A stretch of DNA of 64,000 bases from the human T2T-CHM13v2.0 reference genome, Homo sapiens. Numbering within the stretch: position 1 is the stretch's first letter; each line of letters opens with the position of its first letter. Location of the stretch: the NCBI RefSeq assembly GCF_009914755.1, contig NC_060925.1, one strand, 5' to 3'. Made by a program: the position numbers and the translations under genes. The notes below the pieces were generated by a model. The model had not been told where the DNA came from, made no database searches, and saw only the letters and a list, made by a program, of their open reading frames with translations. Shown piece after piece: positions 11,685 to 24,100 of this stretch.

Positions 11685-14066
11685 GAAATCAACATCAAAC
11701 GGAAAAAAACGGAATTATCGAATGGAATCGAAAAGAATCATCGAATGGTCCCGAATGGAATCATCTAATGGAATGGAATGGAATAATCCATGGACTCGAA
11801 TGCAATCATCATCGAATGGAATCGAATGGAATCATCGAATGGACTCGAATGGAATAATCATTGAACGGAATCGAATGGAATCATCATCGGATGGAAATGA
11901 ATGGAATCATCATCGAATGGAATCGAATAGAATTATGGAATGAAATCCAGTGTGATCATCATCGAATGGACCCGAATGGAATCATCATCCAACGGCAGCT
12001 AATGGAATCAACATCGAATGAATCGAATGGAAACACCATCGAATTGAAACGAATGGAATTATCATGAAATTGAAATGGATGGACTCATCATCGAATGGAT
12101 TCGAATGGAATCATCGAATAAAATTGATTGAAATCATCATCCAATGGAATCGAATGGTATCATTGAATGGAATCGAATGGAATCATCATCAGATGGAAAT
12201 GAATGGAATCGTCATAGAATGGAATCGAATGGATTCATTGAATGGAATCAGATGGAATCATCGAATGGACTGGAATGGAATCATTGAATGGACTCGAAAG
12301 GGATCATTATTGAATGGAATTGAATGGAATCATCGAATGGTCTCGATTGGAATCATTATCAAATGGAATCGAATGGAATCACCGAATAGAATCGAATGGA
12401 ACAATCATCGAATGGACTCAAATGGAATTATCCTCAAATGGAATGGAATGGAATTATCGACTGCAATCGAATGGAATTATCGAATGCAATCGAATAGAAT
12501 CATCGAATGGACTCGAATGGAATCATCGAATGGAATGGAATGGAACAGTCAATGAACTCGAATGGAATCATCATTGAATGGAATCGAATCGAATCATCGA
12601 GTGGAATCGAATGGAATTATGATCAAATGGAATCGCATGGAATCATCATCAAATGGAATCGAAAGGAATCATCATCAAATGGAATCTGATGGAATCATTG
12701 AACAGAATTGAATGGAATCGTCATCGAATGAATTGAATGCACTCATCGAATGGTCTCGAATGGAATCATCTTCTAATGGAAAGGAATGGAATCATCGCAT
12801 AAAATCGAATGGAATTAACATTGAATGGACTCGAATGGAATCAACATCAAACGGAATCAAGCCGAATTATCGAATGGAATCGAAGAGAATCATAGAATGG
12901 ACTCGAATGGAATCATCTAATGGAATGGAATGGAATAATCCACGGACCCGAATGCAATCATCATCGAATGGAATCGAATGGAATCATCGAATGGACTCGA
13001 ATGGAATAAACATTGAACGGAATCGAATGGAATCATCATCGGATGGAAACGAATGGAATCATCATCGAATGGAAATGAAAGGAATCATCATCTAATGGAA
13101 TTGCATGGAATCATCATCAAATGGAATCGAATGGAATCAACATCAAATGGAATCAAATGGAATCATTGAACGGAATTGAATGGAATCGTCATCGAATGAA
13201 TTGAATGCAATCATCGAATGGTCTCGAATGGAATCAACTTCAAATGGAATGGAAAGCAATCATCGCATAGAATCGAATGGAATTATCATAGAATGGAATC
13301 GAATCGTATCAACATCAAACGGAAAAAAACGGAATTATCGAATGGAATCGAAGAGAATCTTCGAACGGACCCGAATGGAATCATCTAATGGAATGGAATG
13401 GAACAATCCATGGACTGGTAGGCAAACATCATTGAACGGAATCGAATGGAATCATCTTCGGATGGACATGACTGGAATCATCATCGAATGGAAATGAAAG
13501 GAGTCATCATCTAATGGAATTGCATGGAATCATCATAAAATGGAATCAAATGGAATCAACATCAAATGGAATCAAATGGAATCATTGAACGGAATTGAAT
13601 GGAATCGTCATCGAATGAATTGAATGCAATCATCGAATGGTCTCGAATGGAATCATCTTCTAATGGAAAGGAATGGAATCATCTCATAGAATCGAATGGA
13701 ATTAACATTGAATGGACTCGAATGGAATCAACATCAAATGCAATCAAGCGGAATTGTCGAATGAAATCGAAGAGAATCATCGAATGGACTCGAATGGAAT
13801 CATCTAATGGAATGGAATGGAATAATCCACGGACTCGAATGCAATCATCATCGTATAGAATCGAATGGTATCATCGAAAGGACCCGAATGGAATAACCAT
13901 TGAACGGAATCGAATGGAATCATCATCGGATGGAAACGAATGGAATCATCATCGAATGGAAATGAAAGGAGTCATCATCTAATGGAATTGCATGGAATCA
14001 TCATCAAATGGAATCGAATGGAATCATCATCAAATGGAATCAAATGGAATCATTGAACGGAATTGA

Positions 14067-17000
14067 ATGGAATCGTCATCGAATGAATTGAATGCAATCA
14101 TCGAATGGTCTCGAATGGAATCATCTTCAAATGGAATGGAATGGAATCATCGCATAGAATCGAATGGAATTATCATCGAATGGAATCGAATGGTATCAAC
14201 ATCAAACGGAAAAAAACGGAATTATCGAATGGAATCGAAGAGAATCTTCGAACGGACCCGAATGGAATCATCTAATGGAATGGAATGGAATAATCCATGG
14301 ACTCGAATGCAATCATCATCGAATGGAATCGAATGGAATCATCGAATGGACTCGAATGGAATAATCATTGAACGGAATCGAATGGAATCATCATCGGATG
14401 GAAATGAATGGAATCATCATCGAATGGAATCGAATAGAATTATGGAATGAAATCCAGTGTGATCATCATCGAATGGACCCGAATGGAATCATCATCCAAC
14501 GGAAGCTAATGGAATCAACATCGAATGAATCGAAAGGAAACACCATCGAATTGAAACGAATGGAATTATCATGAAATTGAAATGGATGGACTCATCATCA
14601 AATGGATTCGAATGGAATCATCGAATAAAATTGATTGAAATCATCATCGAATGGAATCGAATGGTATCATTGAATGGAATCGAATGGAATCATCATCTGA
14701 TGGAAATGAATGGAATCGTCATAGAATGGAATCGAATGGATTCATTGAATGGAATCAGATGGAATCATCGAATGGACTGGAATGGAATCATTGAATGGAC
14801 TCGAAAGGGATCATTATTGAATGGAATTGAATGGAATCATCGAATGGTCTCGATTGGAATCATTATCAAATGGAATCGAATGGAATCACCGAATAGAATC
14901 GAATGGAACAATCATCGAATGGACTCAAATGGAATTATCCTCAAATGGAATCGAATGGAATTATCGAATGCAATCGAATGGAATTATCGAATGCAATCGA
15001 ATAGAATCATCGAATGGACTCGAATGGAATCATCGAATGGAATGGAATGGAACAGTCAATGAACTCGAATGGAATCATCATTGAATGGAATCGAATGGAA
15101 TCATCGAGTGGAATCGAATGGAATTATGATCAAATGGAATCGAATGTAATCATCATCAAATGGAATCAAAAATAACCATCATCAATTGGTATTGAATGGA
15201 ATTCTCATCAAATGGAATTCAAAGGAATCATCATCAAATGGAACCGAATGGAATCCTCATTGAATGGAAATGAAAGGGGTCATCATCTAATGGAATCGCA
15301 TGGAATCATCATCAAATGGAATCGAATGGAATCATCATCAAATGGAATCTAATGGAATCATTGAAAAGAATTGAATGGAATCATCATCGAATGAATTGAA
15401 TGCAATCATCGAATGGTCTCGAATGGAATCATCTTCTAATGGAAAGGAATGGAATCATCGCATAGAATCGAATGGAATTATCATCGAATGGAATCGAATG
15501 GTATCAACACCAAACGGAAAAAAACGGAATTATCGAATGGAATCGAAGAGAATCTTCGAACGGACACGAATGGAATCATCTAATGGAATGGAATGGAATA
15601 ATCCACGGACTCGAATGCAATCATCATCGTATAGAATCGAATGGAATCATCGAAAGGACTCGAATGGAATAACCATTGAACGGAATCGAATGGAATCATC
15701 ATCGGATGGAAACGAATGGAATCATCATCGAATGGAAATGAAAGGAGTCATCATCTAATGGAATTGCATGGAATCATCATAAAATGGAATCGAATGGAAT
15801 CATCATCAAATGGAATCAAATGGAATCATTGAACGGAATTGAATGGAATCGTCATCGAATGAATTGAATGCAATCATCGAATGGTCTCGAATGGAATCAT
15901 CTTCAAATGGAATGGAATGGAATCATCGCATAGAATCGAATGGAATTATCATCGAATGGAATCGAATGGTATCAACATCAAACGGAAAAAAACGGAATTA
16001 TCGAATGGAATCGAAGAGAATCTTCGAACGGACCCGAATGGAATCATCTAATGGAATGGAATGGAATAATCCATGGACTCGAATGCAATCATCATCGAAT
16101 GGAATCGAATGGAATCATTGAAAGGACTCGAATGGAATAATCATTGAACGGAATCGAATGGAATCATCATCGGATGGAAATGAATGGAATCATCATCGAA
16201 TGGAATCGAATAGAATTATGGAATGAAATCCAGTGTGATCATCATCGAATGGACCCGAATGGAATCATCATCCAACGGAAGCTAATGGAATCAACATCGA
16301 ATGAATCGAAAGGAAACACCATCGAATTGAAACGAATGGAATTATCATGAAATTGAAATGGATGGACTCATCATCAAATGGATTCGAATGGAATCATCGA
16401 ATAAAATTGATTGAAATCATCATCGAATGGAATCGAATGGTATCATTGAATGGAATCGAATGGAATCATCATCTGATGGAAATGAATGGAATCGTCATAG
16501 AATGGAATCGAATGGATTCATTGAATGGAATCAGATGGAATCATCGAATGGACTGGAATGGAATCATTGAATGGACTCGAAAGGGATCATTATTGAATGG
16601 AATTGAATGGAATCATCGAATGGTCTCGATTGGAATCATTATCAAATGGAATTGAATGGAATCACCGAATAGAATCGAATGGAACAATCATCGAATGGAC
16701 TCAAATGGAATTATCCTCAAATGGAATCGAATGGAATTATCGAATGCAATCGAATGGAATTATCGAATGCAATCGAATAGAATCATCGAATGGACTCGAA
16801 TGGAATCATCGAATGGAATGGAATGGAACAGTCAATGAACTCGAATGGAATCATCATTGAATGGAATCGAATGGAATCATCGAGTGGAATCGAATGGAAT
16901 TATGATCAAATGGAATCGAATGTAATCATCATCAAATGGAATCAAAAATAACCATCATCAATTGGTATTGAATGGAATTCTCATCAAATGGAATTCAAAG

Positions 17001-20000
17001 GAATCATCATCAAATGGAACCGAATGGAATCCTCATTGAATGGAAATGAAAGGGGTCATCATCTAATGGAATCGCATGGAATCATCATCAAATGGAATCG
17101 AATGGAATCATCATCAAATGGAATCTAATGGAATCATTGAAAAGAATTGAATGGAATCATCATCGAATGAATTGAATGCAATCATCGAATGGTCTCGAAT
17201 GGAATCATCTTCTAATGGAAAGGAATGGAATCATCGCATAGAATCGAATGGAATTATCATCGAATGGAATCGAATGGTATCAACACCAAACGGAAAAAAA
17301 CGGAATTATCGAATGGAATCGAAGAGAATCTTCGAACGGACCCGAATGGAATCATCTAATGGAATGGAATGGAATAATCCACGGACTCGAATGTAATCAT
17401 CATCGTATAGAATCGAATGGAATCATCGAAAGGACTCGAATGGAATAACCATTGAACGGAATCGAATGGAATCATCATCGGATGGAAACGAATGGAATCA
17501 TCATCGAATGGAAATGAAAGGAGTCATCATCTAATGGAATTGCATGGAATCATCATAAAATGGAATCGAATGGAATCATCATCAAATGGAATCAAATGGA
17601 ATCATTGAACGGAATTGAATGGAATCGTCATCGAATGAATTGAATGCAATCATCGAATGGTCTCGAATGGAATCATCTTCAAATGGAATGGAATGGAATC
17701 ATCGCATAGAATCGAATGGAATTATCATCGAATGGAATCGAATGGTATCAACATCAAACGGAAAAAAACGGAATTATCGAATGGAATCGAAGAGAATCTT
17801 CGAACGGACCCGAATGGAATCATCTAATGGAATGGAATGGAATAATCCATGGACTCGAATGCAATCATCATCGAATGGAATCGAATGGAATCATCGAAAG
17901 GACTCGAATGGAATAATCATTGAACGGAATCGAATGGAATCATCATCGGATGGAAATGAATGGAATCATCATCGAATGGAATCGAATAGAATTATGGAAT
18001 GAAATCCAGTGTGATCATCATCGAATGGACCCGAATGGAATCATCATCCAACGGAAGCTAATGGAATCAACATCGAATGAATCGAAAGGAAACACCATCG
18101 AATTGAAACGAATGGAATTATCATGAAATTGAAATGGATGGACTCATCATCAAATGGATTCGAATGGAATCATCGAATAAAATTGATTGAAATCATCATC
18201 GAATGGAATCGAATGGTATCATTGAATGGAATCGAATGGAATCATCATCTGATGGAAATGAATGGAATCGTCATAGAATGGAATCGAATGGATTCATTGA
18301 ATGGAATCAGATGGAATCATCGAATGGACTGGAATGGAATCATTGAATGGACTCGAAAGGGATCATTATTGAATGGAATTGAATGGAATCATCGAATGGT
18401 CTCGATTGGAATCATTATCAAATGGAATTGAATGGAATCACCGAATAGAATCGAATGGAACAATCATCGAATGGACTCAAATGGAATTATCCTCAAATGG
18501 AATCGAATGGAATTATCGAATGCAATCGAATGGAATTATCGAATGCAATCGAATAGAATCATCGAATGGACTCGAATGGAATCATCGAATGGAATGGAAT
18601 GGAACAGTCAATGAACTCGAATGGAATCATCATTGAATGGAATCGAATGGAATCATCGAGTGGAATCGAATGGAATTATGATCAAATGGAATCGAATGTA
18701 ATCATCATCAAATGGAATCAAAAATAACCATCATCAATTGGTATTGAATGGAATTCTCATCAAATGGAATTCAAAGGAATCATCATCAAATGGAACCGAA
18801 TGGAATCCTCATTGAATGGAAATGAAAGGGGTCATCATCTAATGGAATCGCATGGAATCATCATCAAATGGAATCGAATGGAATCATCATCAAATGGAAT
18901 CTAATGGAATCATTGAAAAGAATTGAATGGAATGATCATCGAATGAATTGAATGCAATCATCGAATGGTCTCGAATGGAATCATCTTCTAATGGAAAGGA
19001 ATGGAATCATCGCATAGAATCGAATGGAATTATCATCGAATGGAATCGAATGGTATCAACACCAAACGGAAAAAAACGGAATTATCGAATGGAATCGAAG
19101 AGAATCTTCGAACGGACCCGAATGGAATCATCTAATGGAATGGAATGGAATAATCCACGGACTCGAATGCAATCATCATCGTATAGAATCGAATGGAATC
19201 ATCGAAAGGACTCGAATGGAATAACCATTGAACGGAATCGAATGGAATCATCATCGGATGGAAACGAATGGAATCATCATCGAATGGAAATGAAAGGAGT
19301 CATCATCTAATGGAATTGCATGGAATCATCATAAAATGGAATCGAATGGAATCATCATCAAATGGAATCAAATGGAATCATTGAACGGAATTGAATGGAA
19401 TCGTCATCGAATGAATTGAATGCAATCATCGAATGGTCTCGAATGGAATCATCTTCAAATGGAATGGAATGGAATCATCGCATAGAATCGAATGGAATTA
19501 TCATCGAATGGAATCGAATGGTATCAACATCAAACGGAAAAAAACGGAATTATCGAATGGAATCGAAGAGAATCTTCGAACGGACCCGAATGGAATCATC
19601 TAATGGAATGGAATGGAATAATCCATGGACTCGAATGCAATCATCATCGAATGGAATCGAATGGAATCATTGAAAGGACTCGAATGGAATAATCATTGAA
19701 CGGAATCGAATGGAATCATCATCGGATGGAAATGAATGGAATCATCATCGAATGGAATCGAATAGAATTATGGAATGAAATCCAGTGTGATCATCATCGA
19801 ATGGACCCGAATGGAATCATCATCCAACGGAAGCTAATGGAATCAACATCGAATGAATCGAAAGGAAACACCATCGAATTGAAACGAATGGAATTATCAT
19901 GAAATTGAAATGGATGGACTCATCATCGAATGGATTCGAATGGAATCATCGAATAAAATTGATTGAAATCATCATCGAATGGAATCGAATGGTATCATTG

Positions 20001-21170
20001 AATGGAATCGAATGGAATCATCATCTGATGGAAATGAATGGAATCGTCATAGAATGGAATCGAATGGATTCATTGAATGGAATCAGATGGAATCATCGAA
20101 TGGACTGGAATGGAATCATTGAATGGACTCGAAAGGGATCATTATTGAATGGAATTGAATGGAATCATCGAATGGTCTCGATTGGAATCATTATCAAATG
20201 GAATTGAATGGAATCACCGAATAGAATCGAATGGAACAATCATCGAATGGACTCAAATGGAATTATCCTCAAATGGAATCGAATGGAATTATCGAATGCA
20301 ATCGAATGGAATTATCGAATGCAATCGAATAGAATCATCGAATGGACTCGAATGGAATCATCGAATGGAATGGAATGGAACAGTCAATGAACTCGAATGG
20401 AATCATCATTGAATGGAATCGAATGGAATCATCGAGTGGAATCGAATGGAATTATGATCAAATGGAATCGAATGTAATCATCATCAAATGGAATCAAAAA
20501 TAACCATCATCAATTGGTATTGAATGGAATTCTCATCAAATGGAATTCAAAGGAATCATCATCAAATGGAACCGAATGGAATCCTCATTGAATGGAAATG
20601 AAAGGGGTCATCATCTAATGGAATCGCATGGAATCATCATCAAATGGAATCGAATGGAATCATCATCAAATGGAATCTAATGGAATCATTGAAAAGAATT
20701 GAATGGAATCATCATCGAATGAATTGAATGCAATCATCGAATGGTCTCGAATGGAATCATCTTCTAATGGAAAGGAATGGAATCATCGCATAGAATCGAA
20801 TGGAATTATCATCGAATGGAATCGAATGGTATCAACACCAAACGGAAAAAAACGGAATTATCGAATGGAATCGAAGAGAATCTTCGAACGGACCCGAATG
20901 GAATCATCTAATGGAATGGAATGGAATAATCCACGGACTCGAATGCAATCATCATCGTATAGAATCGAATGGAATCATCGAAAGGACTCGAATGGAATAA
21001 CCATTCAACGGAATCGAATGGAATCATCATCGGATGGAAACGAATGGAATCATCATCGAATGGAAATGAAAGGAGTCATCATCTAATGGAATTGCATGGA
21101 ATCATCATAAAATGGAATCGAATGGAATCATCATCAAATGGAATCAAATGGAATCATTGAACGGAATTGA
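14067..21170 (+). repeat. Four near-identical 1776-bp units (local expansion)
   Basis: Shared private alleles in all four units: TCGAAAGGAAAC, CATCTGATGG, GAATTCTCATC, ATTGAAAAGAA, CCACGGACTC, TCGTATAGAA, AATAACCATT. Confidence 0.88.
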
Positions 21171-24100
21171 ATGGAATCGTCATCGAATGAATTGAATGGA
21201 ATCATCGAATGGTCTCGAATGGAATCATCTTCAAATGGAATGGAATGGAATCATCGCATAGAATCGAATGGAATTATCATCGAATGGAATCGAATGGTAT
21301 CAACATCAAACGGAAAAAAACGGAATTATCGAATGGAATCGAAGAGAATCTTCGAACGGACCCGAATGGAATCATCTAATGGAATGGAATGGAATAATCC
21401 ATGGACTCGAATGCAATCATCATCGAATGGAATCGAATGGAATCATCGAATGGACTCGAATGGAATAATCATTGAACGGAATCGAATGGAATCATCATCG
21501 GATGGAAATGAATGGAATCATCATCGAATGGAATCGAATAGAATTATGGAATGAAATCCAGTGTGATCATCATCGAATGGACCCGAATGGAATCATCATC
21601 CAACGGCAGCTAATGGAATCAACATCGAATGAATCGAATGGAAACACCATCGAATTGAAACGAATGGAATTATCATGAAATTGAAATGGATGGACTCATC
21701 ATCGAATGGATTCGAATGGAATCATCGAATAAAATTGATTGAAATCATCATCCAATGGAATCGAATGGTATCATTGAATGGAATCGAATGGAATCATCAT
21801 CAGATGGAAATGAATGGAATCGTCATAGAATGGAATCGAATGGATTCATTGAATGGAATCAGATGGAATCATCGAATGGACTGGAATGGAATCATTGAAT
21901 GGACTCGAAAGGGATCATTATTGAATGGAATTGAATGGAATCATCGAATGGTCTCGATTGGAATCATTATCAAATGGAATCGAATGGAATCATCGAATAG
22001 AATCGAATGGAACAATCATCGAATGGACTCCAATGGAATTATCCTCAAATGGAATCGAATGGAAATATCGAATGCAATCGAATGGAATTATCGAATGCAA
22101 TCGAATAGAATCATCGAATGGACTCGAATGGAATCATCGAATGGAATGGAATGGAACAGTCAATGAACTCGAATGGAATCATCATTGAATGGAATCGAAT
22201 GGAATCATCGAGTGGAATCGAATGGAATTATGATCAAATGGAATCGAATGTAATCATCATCAAATGGAATCAAAAATAACCATCATCAATTGGTATTGAA
22301 TGGAATTGTCATCAAATGGAATTCAAAGGAATCATCATCAAATGGAACTGAATGGAATCCTCATTGAATGGAAATGAAAGGGGTCATCATCTAATGGAAT
22401 CGCATGGAATCATCATCAAATGGAATCGAATGGAATCATCATCAAATGGAATCTAATGGAATCATTGAAAGAATTGAATGGAATCATCATCGAATGAATT
22501 GAATGCAATCATCGAATGGTCTCGAATGGAATCATCTTCTAATGGAAAGGAATGGAATCATCGCATAGAATCGAATGGAATTATCATCGAATGGAATCGA
22601 ATGGTATCAACACCAAACGGAAAAAAACGGAATTATGGAATGGAATCGAAGAGAATCTTCGAACGGACCCGAATGGAATCATCTAATGGAATGGAATGGA
22701 ATAATCCATGGACACGAATGCAATCATCATCGAATGGAATCGAATGGAATCATCGAATGGACTCGAATGGAATAATCATTGAACGGAATCGAATGGAATC
22801 ATCATCGCATGGAAACGAATGGAATCATCATCGAATGGAAATGAAAGGAGTCATCATCTAATGGAATTGCATGGAATCATCATCAAATGGAATCGAATGG
22901 AATCAACATCAAATGGAATCAAATGGAATCATTGAACGGAATTGAATGGAATCGTCATCGAATGAATTGAATGCAATCATCGAATGGTCTCGAATGGAAT
23001 CATCTTCAAATGGAATGGAATGGAATCATCGCATAGAATCGAATGGAATTATCATCGAATGGAATCGAATGGAATCAACATCAAACGGAAAAAAACGGAA
23101 TTATCGAATGGAATCGAAGAGAATCATCGAATGGACCCGAATGGAATCATCTAATGGAATGGAATGGAATAATCCATGGACTCGAATGCAATCATCATCG
23201 AATGGAATCGAATGGAATCATCGAATGGACTCGAATGGAATAATCATTGAACGGAATCGAATGGAAACATCATCGGATGGAAATGAATGGAATCATCATC
23301 GAATGGAATCGAATAGAATTATGGAATGAAATCCAGTGTGATCATCATCGAATGGACCCGAATGGAATCATCATCCAACGGAAGCTAATGGAATCAACAT
23401 CGAATGAATCAAATGGAAACACCATCGAATTGAAACGAATGGAATTACCATGAAATTCAAATGGATGGACTCATCATCAAATGGATTCGAGTGGAATCAT
23501 CAAATAAAATTGATTGAAATCATCATCGAATGGAATCGAATGGTATCATTGAATGGAATCGAATGGAATCATCATCAGATGGAAATGAAAGGAATCGTCA
23601 TAGAATGGAATCGAATGGATTCATTGAATGGAATCAGATGGAATCATCGAATGGACTGGAATGGAATCATTGAATGGACTCGAAAGGGATCATTATTGAA
23701 TGGAATTGAATGGAATCATCGAATGGTCTCGATTGGAATCATTATCAAATGGAATCGAATGGAATCACCGAATAGAATCGAATGGAACAATCATCGAATG
23801 GACTCAAATGGAATTATCCTCAAATGGAATCGAATGGAATTATCGAATGCAATCGAATGGAATTATCGAATGCAATCGAATAGAATGAACGAATGGACTC
23901 GAATGGAATCATCGAATGGAATGGAATGGAACAGTCAATGAACTCGAATGGAATCATCATTGAATGGAATCGAATGGAATCATCGAGTGGAATCTAAAGG
24001 AATTATGACCAAATGGAATCGAAAGTAATCATCATCAAATGGAATCAAAAATAACCATCATCAATTGGTATTGAATGGAATTGTCATCAAATGGAATTCA

